A stretch of DNA of 64,000 nt from Ruditapes philippinarum (lineage: Eukaryota): NCBI RefSeq assembly GCF_026571515.1, contig NW_026861420.1, positions 1 through 64,000 on the forward strand, read 5' to 3'. Under the pieces are notes generated by a model. The model was not told the origin of the DNA and ran no database searches. It worked only from the letters and a program-made list of their open reading frames with translations. How positions within the stretch are numbered: the stretch's first letter is position 1; every line of letters starts with the position of its first letter. Below are positions 54,267-64,000 of the stretch, one piece after another. The translations under genes and the position numbers were made by a program.

Positions 54267-55325
54267 CAGTGGAACCTGTCTAATCCAAACTTGCTCGGAC
54301 AAAAATAAAAGTTCGGATTAGAAAGGTTTCCGGATTAGAAAGATCTGCAGATTTGATCATGTGAAGGCGGAATAGTTTAAGATTTTTGCAATCATATAAA
54401 CTAACATTATTGTTCATATTTATACAGATGAAAAATAAATACAAACAACAACAAAATACCATATATTCACTCAATTTTATAGCTGAGAGTATTCACAACC
54501 ATGTACATTGTTCTTTTACTCTTTTCTACACTAGATCATCATTTAACAATAACAGAGTAGGGCATGTACAATACATAATCAGTGTCACGCTTTTTTAAAA
54601 AAGGAGTCAATCATTGTCTTTTTTTGTGTACACTTAAGACTAACTATTTTCCTTTCAGTCATACACTTTAAATCGTTAGCTATCTCTAAAAAGCTAGTGT
54701 CATTTTCCTGTGCAAAGTTTTTTAGTTAATTAGCTAGCAACAGAACATGCGAATATGACATTTCAGAACAAGGAAGTGATGTCTCCGTCGAAATGATTTC
54801 TTCCACAGGGTCACATTCAATCGTTTCTTAAGTTCTATAATTGTCCAGCAGAGTTTTCTACCAATCATCGGAAGAATCCTCAATCTCTGCATCCTTATCG
54901 ATGTTGTGTATGTCTTATATCTGAAGATCGAACTGAGCAACAAGTGTAGCTAAGGGAACATCATCATCCTCAATAAACACATGTTCTGAAAATCCTACTA
55001 CACCAAAGCACCTTTCTATCGTTGTAACTTTATCATCTTCCCATGCTTTAACAACCCTCCCTATACAGTCAAGAAGAGTCACTTGTTTACATCAACTGTA
55101 TACGTTTTACACTTTGTCAATGGCACTTAGCAATGACCTTAACACGTATTTCCTGTAGATGGCATTGAATGCACGAATTATCCCTTAATCTAGAGGTTGA
55201 AGCTGGGATGCAGTGTTAGCTGGAATGAATTTTAGTGTTACATTAATAAGGCGTATATCATGACCATGCGAAGTAGCATTATCTAGCAGCAATATCACTT
55301 TTCGTCCTTGTTTACGCATGCCCTT
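54267..55325 (-). mobile_element. pogo/Tigger-type DDE transposon remnant (3' part with one TIR)
   Basis: KVILLLDNATSH...FIPANTASQLQPLD*GII is typical of the Tigger/CENP-B DDE_1 domain and is interrupted by stops. TA-flanked TIR cagtggaacctgtctaatcc starts at 54267. Confidence 0.85.
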
Positions 55326-55329
55326 AATA

Positions 55330-57890
55330 AAATAAAAAGTAAAGATGTACAAAAATAAGCAGTACGAGTAGCAGTCAGACACTACATAAATCTTTCGTTT
55401 TGACGTTTGGGATTAAAGAGTTAAAGTAAGTTGGGCATAGTTTTTTCGTATTTTGTAAATAAAGACCGGTTTATGATAATAACGTCGAGTTGATAATGCT
55501 TTCCACCCTAGGTCGTCATAACGTTTTTTCAAGTAGCACCTATGACTATTCTGACAGCCACGTTTTGAATCATATCTAATTCATGCTTTTCGCTAGTTGA
55601 ACAATTATCAAAATGTATACTTCCATAAAAATTGGCGGATAAATGTCAAATATAATGTTTCTTTTGTATTTCTGTAGTGTGTAAATTTTAGACTACGGAG
55701 AAAATTGATCATTGTCCAAGCTTTGTTTTTAATATATTTCATATGATTTGACCATGAACATTTGTTTGATAGAACAACTCCTAAATGTTTGTAAGAAGAA
55801 GATTCAGATTTACTTGGTTTTGCAGAAGCAAGGGAGGATGCTGAGTTTTGATATCTTTCCGTTATAAACGAAACCAACCATTCTTTAGACCATCGGTAAC
55901 TCTTTTTGTAAATTACAGTAAGTACATTTGCAGTATCTTCGGGTGTATCAACGACGAATATAAACTTGTGTCATTTGCAAAAAGTTTGATGTTGACGTCG
56001 ATTTCAATTAGAATGTCATTAAAAAATATAAGGAAAAGCAGAGGATCGAGATTAGATCCCTGAGGAACACCAACCCTGACGTAAAGAATAAAAGATAATG
56101 ATCATTGGACAGTGACTGTTGCCTGTTACCTGTTGTATAAATAGCTTTGAAACCAAAAAAGTAAATGTCCACGAATTCCAACAGATGACAATTTAATAAT
56201 GAGTCCTTTGTGCCATACCCGATCCAAAGTTTTGCTTTTATCACAAAATACGATTCTTATTTACTTTCCATAGTCTATTGCTTCACAGAAAGAATTATAA
56301 AAGATTGACGGTTGATTTATAGTTGAGTCGCCTTGGCGGAAACCAGACTGATATTCTTTAAAATATTGTTGCTAATTAAATGATTATAAACGTGTTTGTA
56401 AACAGCGTTTTCTAAAACCATGCTTAGGGAACAGAGAAGTGAAATTGGTCTATAATTACCAATGACATTGGTCTCCTTTTTATGGACTGGACATACATTT
56501 GCAACCTTCCATTGAGTTGGGAAAGTACCGATAGACAGAGAATGATTAAAAATATCTGGCAAAGGAACAGGTAATTGAGACGATATATCTTTTAAGACGC
56601 GATTGTTAATTAAATCAGGGCCAACTGCTTTCCCAAGGGGTTGTGTTCGTAATAATGGTTCGATATCATATGGTTCAAAGTGAAGTGATGATAGAGTTGA
56701 GGAGAAAGACTAATTTGATGGAATATGTTCCCCATCAGGTACGTCGAGAAATGTTTGTTGAGCGAAGAAATGATTAAAGGCATCAGCCTTTTTCTCGTTG
56801 TCATATAGAATATCTGAGTCATCGAGCAGAAGAGGAACAGTTCTTTTATAACAATTAGGGGAGATAAACATTTTAACTGTGGCCCACCATGATCTATTGG
56901 ATGTCTTATTAGTAAGAGTCTAAGTTAATTTAGCGGTATATTCTGATTTAGCTTTTCTAATTAGGGAAACTATTTTATTTCTAAGTTGGCAGAATTTTGA
57001 CCAATCCAAAGTTCGATTAAGAAGCCTAGCTTGCTTGAAAAGACGCTTGCGTTTTGCGAATAAGTCAATTAATTTCACTTTATTTCTATTTTGGTTCTGT
57101 GGGTCTGAATGTGGTTAGCTTATTAGGGATATATTGGTTAGAATATTTATATATGTTAGATGTACATGCAGAGACTTAGTGGTAAACATTATTGTTGCGA
57201 ATGGTCTGCCAATCAAATTGTTCTAAAGAGTATCTCAATGCATTTTAATCTCATCGGTCGTACAGCCATATTTGACGGGAGGGAGTCAAACATTTTGGTT
57301 AAATAAATTTAAAAAAGTGCAAAAGAGGGACAATGATAACGTATTTACTGATCAGAAACTGGTTGGCCAACACCACTTTGTACCTAACTACGTAAGTTTT
57401 TTAGAAGAATAAGATCAATTATTATGTAAGGAGAAGTTTCAGTGAAGTGAGTTGGATCTTTGATACATTGAGCAAGCCCACATTGGTTTCAAAGGTATAA
57501 GAGTTTTCGCTTGGATGCCGGTATGGCAGGATTCAGGTTAAAGTCACCAACAATTGTAATGTTTTGATTCCCATGATAAAGTCAAAAGATTGTTCAATTT
57601 TAAGGTCATATTGGGCATCAGAGTTTGGAGGGCGATAGAAAAGTCCAATACGCATCTTGAGGTTCCGCTTTAGGATAAGTTCAATCCAAATATTTTCAAT
57701 ATCTAAGAATTCTAAGTTATGCCTTTGAACATTCTATAAGCTAAATTTTCTTTGACGTATAATATAACACCACCATATGTGTCATGTCTTCTGTCTCTGC
57801 GCTCGGGAATATGAAAGTTGTTTAATAGTGGTTCACTTGTGCTTACCGATGAATGGAACCATGTTTCTCTGAAAGCTATATATCAAAAGA
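55330..57890 (-). mobile_element. Decayed CR1-like LINE ORF2 (APE endonuclease plus reverse transcriptase)
   Basis: Minus-strand fragments with many frameshifts and stops: ETW, IGLFYRPPNS and IVGDFN (endonuclease); WKVANVCPVHKK..NYRPISLL, GVPQGS..PLLFLIFFNDI, FANDT and YKHLGV (RT); LGW..L..RR C-terminal motif. Confidence 0.92.
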
Positions 57891-58559
57891 ATCGAACTCT
57901 GTCTTGATAATATAAAGTTGTGGTAAAGGACATTGTAATGAAGAATGTATACGCAATATAAAATATCAAATGATGTATCAAATGATGCATGTTAAAAAAC
58001 GGGCCTGGATGCGGATAACGTCGCAACGCTGTAAAGGGAAAATTGTTGACCAAGATATTATCAAACACAGAGAAAACAAAAGCTACATTTTTGGAAAAAG
58101 GAAACTAAATTTCTATAGAATGCTCTAGGCTTTGAAGAATATGTTTTTGTCAGTCTTTTAATCACAACTGAATGAGAACGACTGATGTTAGCCTGGATAT
58201 ATTGACTGAAAGACAAGCATTTTTATTTATATAGTCATTTTTATTTGACCTTGTCCTCCTTGAGCTTTCCCCGCGACGAGAATGCCTCGGTGGAGAAATG
58301 TTTTCGCAATAATTTCGCCACTTTGAACTCCATGACAATTATTCATCATTATGCGGGAGCAAATAGGGATTGAAAGCGGTTCTTCCTCGTGACTTTAGAT
58401 ATTGATTTTACATACAACAGAAAAAAAGTCAATTTTTCAATGATTTATAGATCATGCTTTTGTTTGAATGTAATATAACATTAAAACATATTTACAAAGC
58501 AGTCTGAAGGAAAGTTGTAATCCTTCTCGCAGTTGACATGAATGTGATTTTCTTACTTC

Positions 58560-58860
58560 GACCTCTGGGTTGCGCTATAAAAATCCTTCACACATCGTGT
58601 CCCAGTGCTATTCAAGCAAGTTATGAAGTTGACACCACAAATAGACTTATCAACAATTGGAATTTAAGTGTGATCTTTGTGGGAGCGACCTGGTTGATTC
58701 AATCTTCTTACCATTATTGTGATCATTTATGGCATGTTATTTCTCTTTAAGTTTAAGAACTTGCACGGAAATGTTACGGACGGATGAAAAGACAACAGAT
58801 GGACGCACGGAGGCCAATCTTATAATATTCTCCTCGCGACTTGACAAGGGATTAAAAAGA
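58560..58860 (-). mobile_element. Degenerate HINE-like fragment, reverse orientation
   Basis: acggacgga..acagatggacgcacgga microsatellite remnant next to satellite-like sequence and a T/A-rich end. Confidence 0.4.
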
Positions 58861-61800
58861 TGGGACAACATTACGTGCAACAGGAAAGAGGTAGTGAATT
58901 TCTTTCGTTTGTTTCGGGTTGCACGGTGACACTGACACAATACTGGCCACAACGCTCCGAAAATATAATAATTAGTTGGTACAAGCGCATTAGTTAAATC
59001 TTATAAGTCTTAGAATGCAAGTTTTCTTCCTTTCGGTAATCGATCAGGGATTTGGATGGAAATGAGGCAAAAGGTTCTCTGAATGAATTCGCTCGTTAAC
59101 TCACGAACATGTGCAAGATTATGACATTCAAGAAGTGTATAATTTATTGCAAGCTATAAAAAAATGGAGCATCATCTCCTGTACTCGGGAGTGTTCAAAT
59201 CGATATCTAAAAGAGGTATTTGATCATTAGAGTTTATAACAGATAGAGATGGTGAATTTTCTAAAAAGGGATTAATATCAAATAGTTTGATCAGTTTGCC
59301 ATAATATAGCGTTGTCCTTTCAATTCAGATGAAATATATTTACACATGGACGGTTAAAATCACTATTTGGTAACGATAAATCTACTGGTTTATTATTTAA
59401 AGGTTTTTTAGCCATATCAACTACTTTCATTTCCTCGTATTTTTACGTGGCTTGGGATCCAACATGATATGATTGTCTTAGTTTTTAAAATATCTTGAAA
59501 AGGCATAAGGAGTTTTTAATCATAATTAAAGAAAAAAGAACAAATATATTGACATTGTGTTGTGAAAATTATGACAACGCTAAATCAATGGGTTTAGAAA
59601 AAATAAATCAAATTAAGATGCATATTTCGGGATTCTCCATGTTGAAGATTAAATACTGTTTAAACCTGTGTAATGGAGCGTAAGAGATGTTGTACTTTCA
59701 TTTTTATGAACAAAAGCAACGGCGCATGAGTATAATCAAGCCATGAAAATGTACGAAATTACATTATATTCTCCCCAAATAAGTTCAGAATAAATCAAAC
59801 CTGGACGTGTTTGTATAACTTTTTAATTTATCGAGTCTACAGAAATCTTCTATTTATTAATGAATGGAACCCTTGCTCCTTAATTACTGTTGCTGATGTG
59901 TGCCGTGTAGATGTGCATTGATCTAGGAAATATGACTAATTTGGTTACAAAACAAACAGGTAAAGAAGATGCAAGCAGGAAACAGATATTCCGTAGCTGA
60001 TATATATCGCCCTACGGGTAATACGTACGCTGAAAATTACTGCAACATAAATTTCTTGCATACTTCGCCAAATACAGAATATCAATAAAATCTTATTAAA
60101 AGAGTGACATATTTCAAAGTTTTACATTTTTTGTGACGGATATATTTTACACTTATCAAAAAGAAATTATCGTGTTAATTGTTTTTCATTTGATAAGGTT
60201 TTGAATATATTATGTATCGTATTTGCTAAATTGAGCAATTTTACCGCTAAATACATATAACTGAAATTAAACTTTTTTTCTCTGAGAAATATATCAATAA
60301 GGCACTACGAGAAAGACAAATATATATAACGATTAAAGTTGACTTGAGTGGTATTTTAACTCACCGCACTTGACATTAATTTAACCCATTTAAGTTATCT
60401 TAAAAAATAAAGAGGGTCTACCCTAATTCATGCTTATATCAAAAAAATAATTTGCACGGTAACTAGTTTTAACTGCTTATGTCAAATCTTGTAAATAATT
60501 TAAAATACCTTTGTTTTGCAATTGTATGTGGGTATTTCATCATCTCAGCTAGTCAACTTAACACGTTTAAAAATCTGCACAATTTTGCACACCTGCCAAA
60601 TAAATTAAAGATAAACGTACCCAAATCACACTCATCAGGTGATCAAAACTACCGTTATCTATGCCACGTTCTAGCATTTGATTGGTGTTACATTTTCATA
60701 TTTTTAATTTCATTGGATTGTATTCATAGAATGAAAATGTCCCAACATTAAAATTAGAATTTATTGTTACCGCTATTGTTATCTGAGCAGTAGGTTTTAT
60801 CAAAACTATTAAGATAGAGGCACACAAAGAGAAACTTTGTTTATTGTAAGTCATTTTATTGGTTTGAAAATATTCACGATTTCATCTGCACAGCAATATT
60901 TGTAGTAAGTGAATTTCTTTATATATTTTTTTTTACCTTTTTTCCATTTCAATTTATCTAATGCTTTATTAAGCTTACTTTATATTTACTTTATATTTAC
61001 TTTTTTACTTATTATCTATATATGTATTCATGTTTTGTAAGGCGGTCTAAAAATTAATTTGATAAAAACATTCAGCCAGCCTGAACATATGTCTACGTAA
61101 AGTGGGTACGTTTCGTGACATCTTCACTTAAACAGTAAGACTGTAGTTTACATACTTTTAACTGCCTGTACTCTCATCAAGTTGTTCCGTCTTGAATTAA
61201 CATGGAGCCGTCGACTAACAAGAAGAGTTTTCAATATTATTTAAGAGTTAAGAGTTTTTTTTTTTAATTCAAACAACACATTAGCCGAAGCCCCCTTTCG
61301 GGTCCAGTGCAACGCCTTGTATACGTTTTTTTTACTGAATTTCAGTTCTCTGGTTGAAGAAAAATTAACAAAATGTATAGGAATAAAGAGAAGGCTAATT
61401 GATAGTTTAATTGCAGTATAACTCACATTGTTAACTTTCACTCTAAGTGTCATAAGAATCTAAGTCACTGCCGGTGCAATTGCTGCTTTCGACATCCCTC
61501 ACTGAGTCAGGCTCCCCTTCTATAGATGTTTAGTGTATTGAGAGAAGTTTTTACTTATCTCTTATCAACATCTCTTATATTCTCCTGATCAACCAACGGA
61601 ACTTGTATTCAGTCTTAAAACATGAATTTTATGTTCCAATGCTAACAGCCATAAGCTAAAGCACGATGTTCGCCATCAGTCAACATAAAGAGTTCAGGCC
61701 TAATAATTCTTTATAGTTTCAATTTTATAAGAAAATAAACAAAACTAAAAGACAAATACAATTATTAGATACATATATTTAATATTTACAGCAACACGTT

Positions 61801-61893
61801 CTAAATAAAATTCAGCTACTGGAACTTAGTTTTTCATGTATCGTCCTCAATGATTTTAATATTACAACTTTCAGCTTGAAATGGTAATCAGTC

Positions 61894-63537
61894 ATGCCAA
61901 CGGATACCCAAAGACACCTGTCAAAATGGGTGAGCGACTACATGAACACGCACGGCTTCGACCACCAAAGAATACAAGAAAGAATTCATCTCGCTAACAA
62001 ATGTTCCAGAGCTAGAGATATCTCAACTAAATGTATAACTAAAGATGAGGCCATTGAGAAAGTATATGTAGGCAGCATACGTGAAGGTATTGGAATGAAC
62101 TTTTGTAACGATACTGACATTCTACAGATCAATCATTCTGTGATTTGTGTTGACGGAAATACAACAACACAAAATGACAAATTGCAATTCCAACTGGAGC
62201 AAAAAAGAGCACCTGCAGGTTACACATTACTGAAATTAATGCGCAACGATTCTGCTTCTGCCACTTATGAAAGTTTGAAGTATGCTATGGTTGAAAAGAC
62301 AACAGGTCAGTATCTTTCAAGTAATCTCTACATGACCAAACACGATGATGTCTTCCAATATGGAGACGGTTACATCAGCAAGCAAACACGTTACAGAAGC
62401 CGAAATGGTCCATCTATTCCAAAATATGTCGAAAAAAATTGGATTCAGAAGTTTATCCTATCACAAAGGAATTTAATAGACCAGGATATGGATTTTGTAA
62501 GAGCTTTCCCTTGCCAGGAAAATAACATTTTGGGTGCATGGAAGAACAGGAATAGAAAATCTGGTTGGCCAAATCAAGAGACTATAGACAAAATTATGTC
62601 GCTACCAATGTATGTTGTTCCGGTGGGTAAAGAGGGAAGCATAAATGAAGATCTGCAGTGGAGAATATCTTTCACCATGGCAGAAACACATTTAATCCAG
62701 GCGTTTAATAACACTCAATCTAAGGTAATTGTCCTACTGAAGCTGATAGCAAAACACATTTTGCAACCGCTGTGCAGTGGCATCACTTCCTATATAGTCA
62801 AGACAGTTATGTTATGGCAAGCTGAAAGCATTCCTCAGGAAGAATATAGCGAGGAAAATCTTCTCTCAAGACTGGAGGATGCACTCGTTTTCCTAAAATC
62901 AGCTGTAGGAAATAAAAGCCTCCCGAGTTATATGATACCACAGAAAAACCTTCTAAAGAAACTGAAATTTCTCCAAAGCAATGGATTAAAATTGGTGGAT
63001 GATTATTTGAATGGCAGCCTACACAGTGTAGACAGCATTGTGGATATAAGTGAAACATTCCGTGTATCTAATTTGATAGACAGTTGGCATACCCGTGTTT
63101 CAAGGTGTTTTACAACAGAAGAACTGGCAAACCTTTACACAAAAATGTTTACATATAGGTCATTTTGGCAGATTTTATCTTGTAATTCATTTACAAATGA
63201 TATTCCGAATTTCATTTTAGAAACTGAACAAGCTACCAACATGAAACTTACAAGTACTTCAAAAGAAGTTACGATGCAAAATTCTGTTAAGTACATCAAA
63301 GTTGATTATTTCATAATGTCACTCTTGGTATATTGTATCATTAACATTGCACTCCATTCAATTATATATAGAGTGTTTACCAAGTTGAGTTTCGATACCA
63401 TAATCTGTGTATTAGACCAAAGAACAAACGATCCTTACATGTTACATGTTTGGTTAGATTTTCTACAATATTATGCCTTCGTTCTAAATACGTTGGGTTA
63501 TTTTTTGTTGTTGTTGTCATACAGATTAAAATTTTAA
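61894..63537 (+). CDS. Mab-21 domain / cGAS-like receptor (cGLR) nucleotidyltransferase with C-terminal hydrophobic helices, 547 aa
   Basis: Uninterrupted ORF preceded by an in-frame stop. Motifs: G60-S61-x-x-E-G..D73-x-D75, D198-x-D200, SGWP, VVPVG, WRISFTMAE, SYIVKTVMLW, LPSYMIPQKNLL. Hydrophobic stretches at ~aa 472-493 and ~519-543. Confidence 0.9.
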   Translation: MPTDTQRHLSKWVSDYMNTHGFDHQRIQERIHLANKCSRARDISTKCITKDEAIEKVYVGSIREGIGMNFCNDTDILQINHSVICVDGNTTTQNDKLQFQLEQKRAPAGYTLLKLMRNDSASATYESLKYAMVEKTTGQYLSSNLYMTKHDDVFQYGDGYISKQTRYRSRNGPSIPKYVEKNWIQKFILSQRNLIDQDMDFVRAFPCQENNILGAWKNRNRKSGWPNQETIDKIMSLPMYVVPVGKEGSINEDLQWRISFTMAETHLIQAFNNTQSKVIVLLKLIAKHILQPLCSGITSYIVKTVMLWQAESIPQEEYSEENLLSRLEDALVFLKSAVGNKSLPSYMIPQKNLLKKLKFLQSNGLKLVDDYLNGSLHSVDSIVDISETFRVSNLIDSWHTRVSRCFTTEELANLYTKMFTYRSFWQILSCNSFTNDIPNFILETEQATNMKLTSTSKEVTMQNSVKYIKVDYFIMSLLVYCIINIALHSIIYRVFTKLSFDTIICVLDQRTNDPYMLHVWLDFLQYYAFVLNTLGYFLLLLSYRLKF

Positions 63538-64000
63538 ATAAGTGAATTTTCAGCATTGTGAGATTTTAGATCAGTAATAAGACGATTTTCATTTTTTTCA
63601 TACACACAAAACAAACTCTTTGTACCATAAAAGTTAACAAAACTAAATTTTAGCAATTATTTGTATTAGATTGTTTGAAATGCAAACCTTGCCTTGACAG
63701 ATATAGTGCTAATCGATTTCACTTGTGGAAAGTTTAGTATGCCTTCGTGATGAGAGCTTGTTATGGGAGTAAATGCAATCACTTGTTGTAATTACCATTG
63801 AAATTGTTTTGTTATCGTGACTGTACACTTGAATTCCACTTTTTTTGTCCTAGGGACTACCGGACAGCAGTACTGTAGCACACGGTATTTTGTCTGCATA
63901 AAGATATCAATTAAAATGGACGAAACTTTTCCAGGGTTTCAGCACCCATGAAGATACATTTTGTTATTTTTCCCAAAATATTCTTTATATAAAATTTTGA

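Noticed and set aside
25616-63537. CBASS-like pairing of the cGLR with the multi-TM orphan as an effector
   Set aside because: The genes are ~36 kb apart with unrelated genes between them, and the TM protein has no recognisable nucleotide-binding domain. This is analogy only.

Overview
AT-rich eukaryotic genomic DNA with GT-AG spliceosomal introns, most likely a bivalve mollusc (oyster-like, inferred from the repeat types and gene families). It is not a prokaryotic window. I reconstructed exon chains by hand, checking splice sites and reading phase. Complete genes: (1) an 8-exon secreted EGF-EGF-VWA-VWA protein (-, 536 aa); (2) an orphan ~5-TM membrane protein (+, 202 aa) with a decayed paralog 11 kb upstream; (3) a 4-exon SLC16/MCT transporter (-, ~458 aa); (4) a 6-exon cytosolic sulfotransferase (-, 303 aa); (5) a 9-exon clan-2 cytochrome P450 (-, 487 aa); (6) a Mab-21/cGAS-like receptor with an uninterrupted CDS, intact-looking nucleotidyltransferase motifs and C-terminal hydrophobic helices (+, 547 aa). 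CYP, SULT and MCT form a co-oriented oxidise/conjugate/transport-like cluster. Inside it, a duplicated CYP 3' end and an inverted MCT 3' end sit back to back with both 5' halves missing. Repeats include a Helentron-type element carrying a 162-bp satellite array, a CR1-like LINE remnant next to a pogo/Tigger remnant, tRNA-derived SINEs, long terminal hairpins, a palindromic TTGCCATGGCAA array, and two exon-derived tandem repeats. The first ~12 kb has inflated homopolymers and looks like low-accuracy sequence. No database searches were run; family calls rest on recognised motifs.
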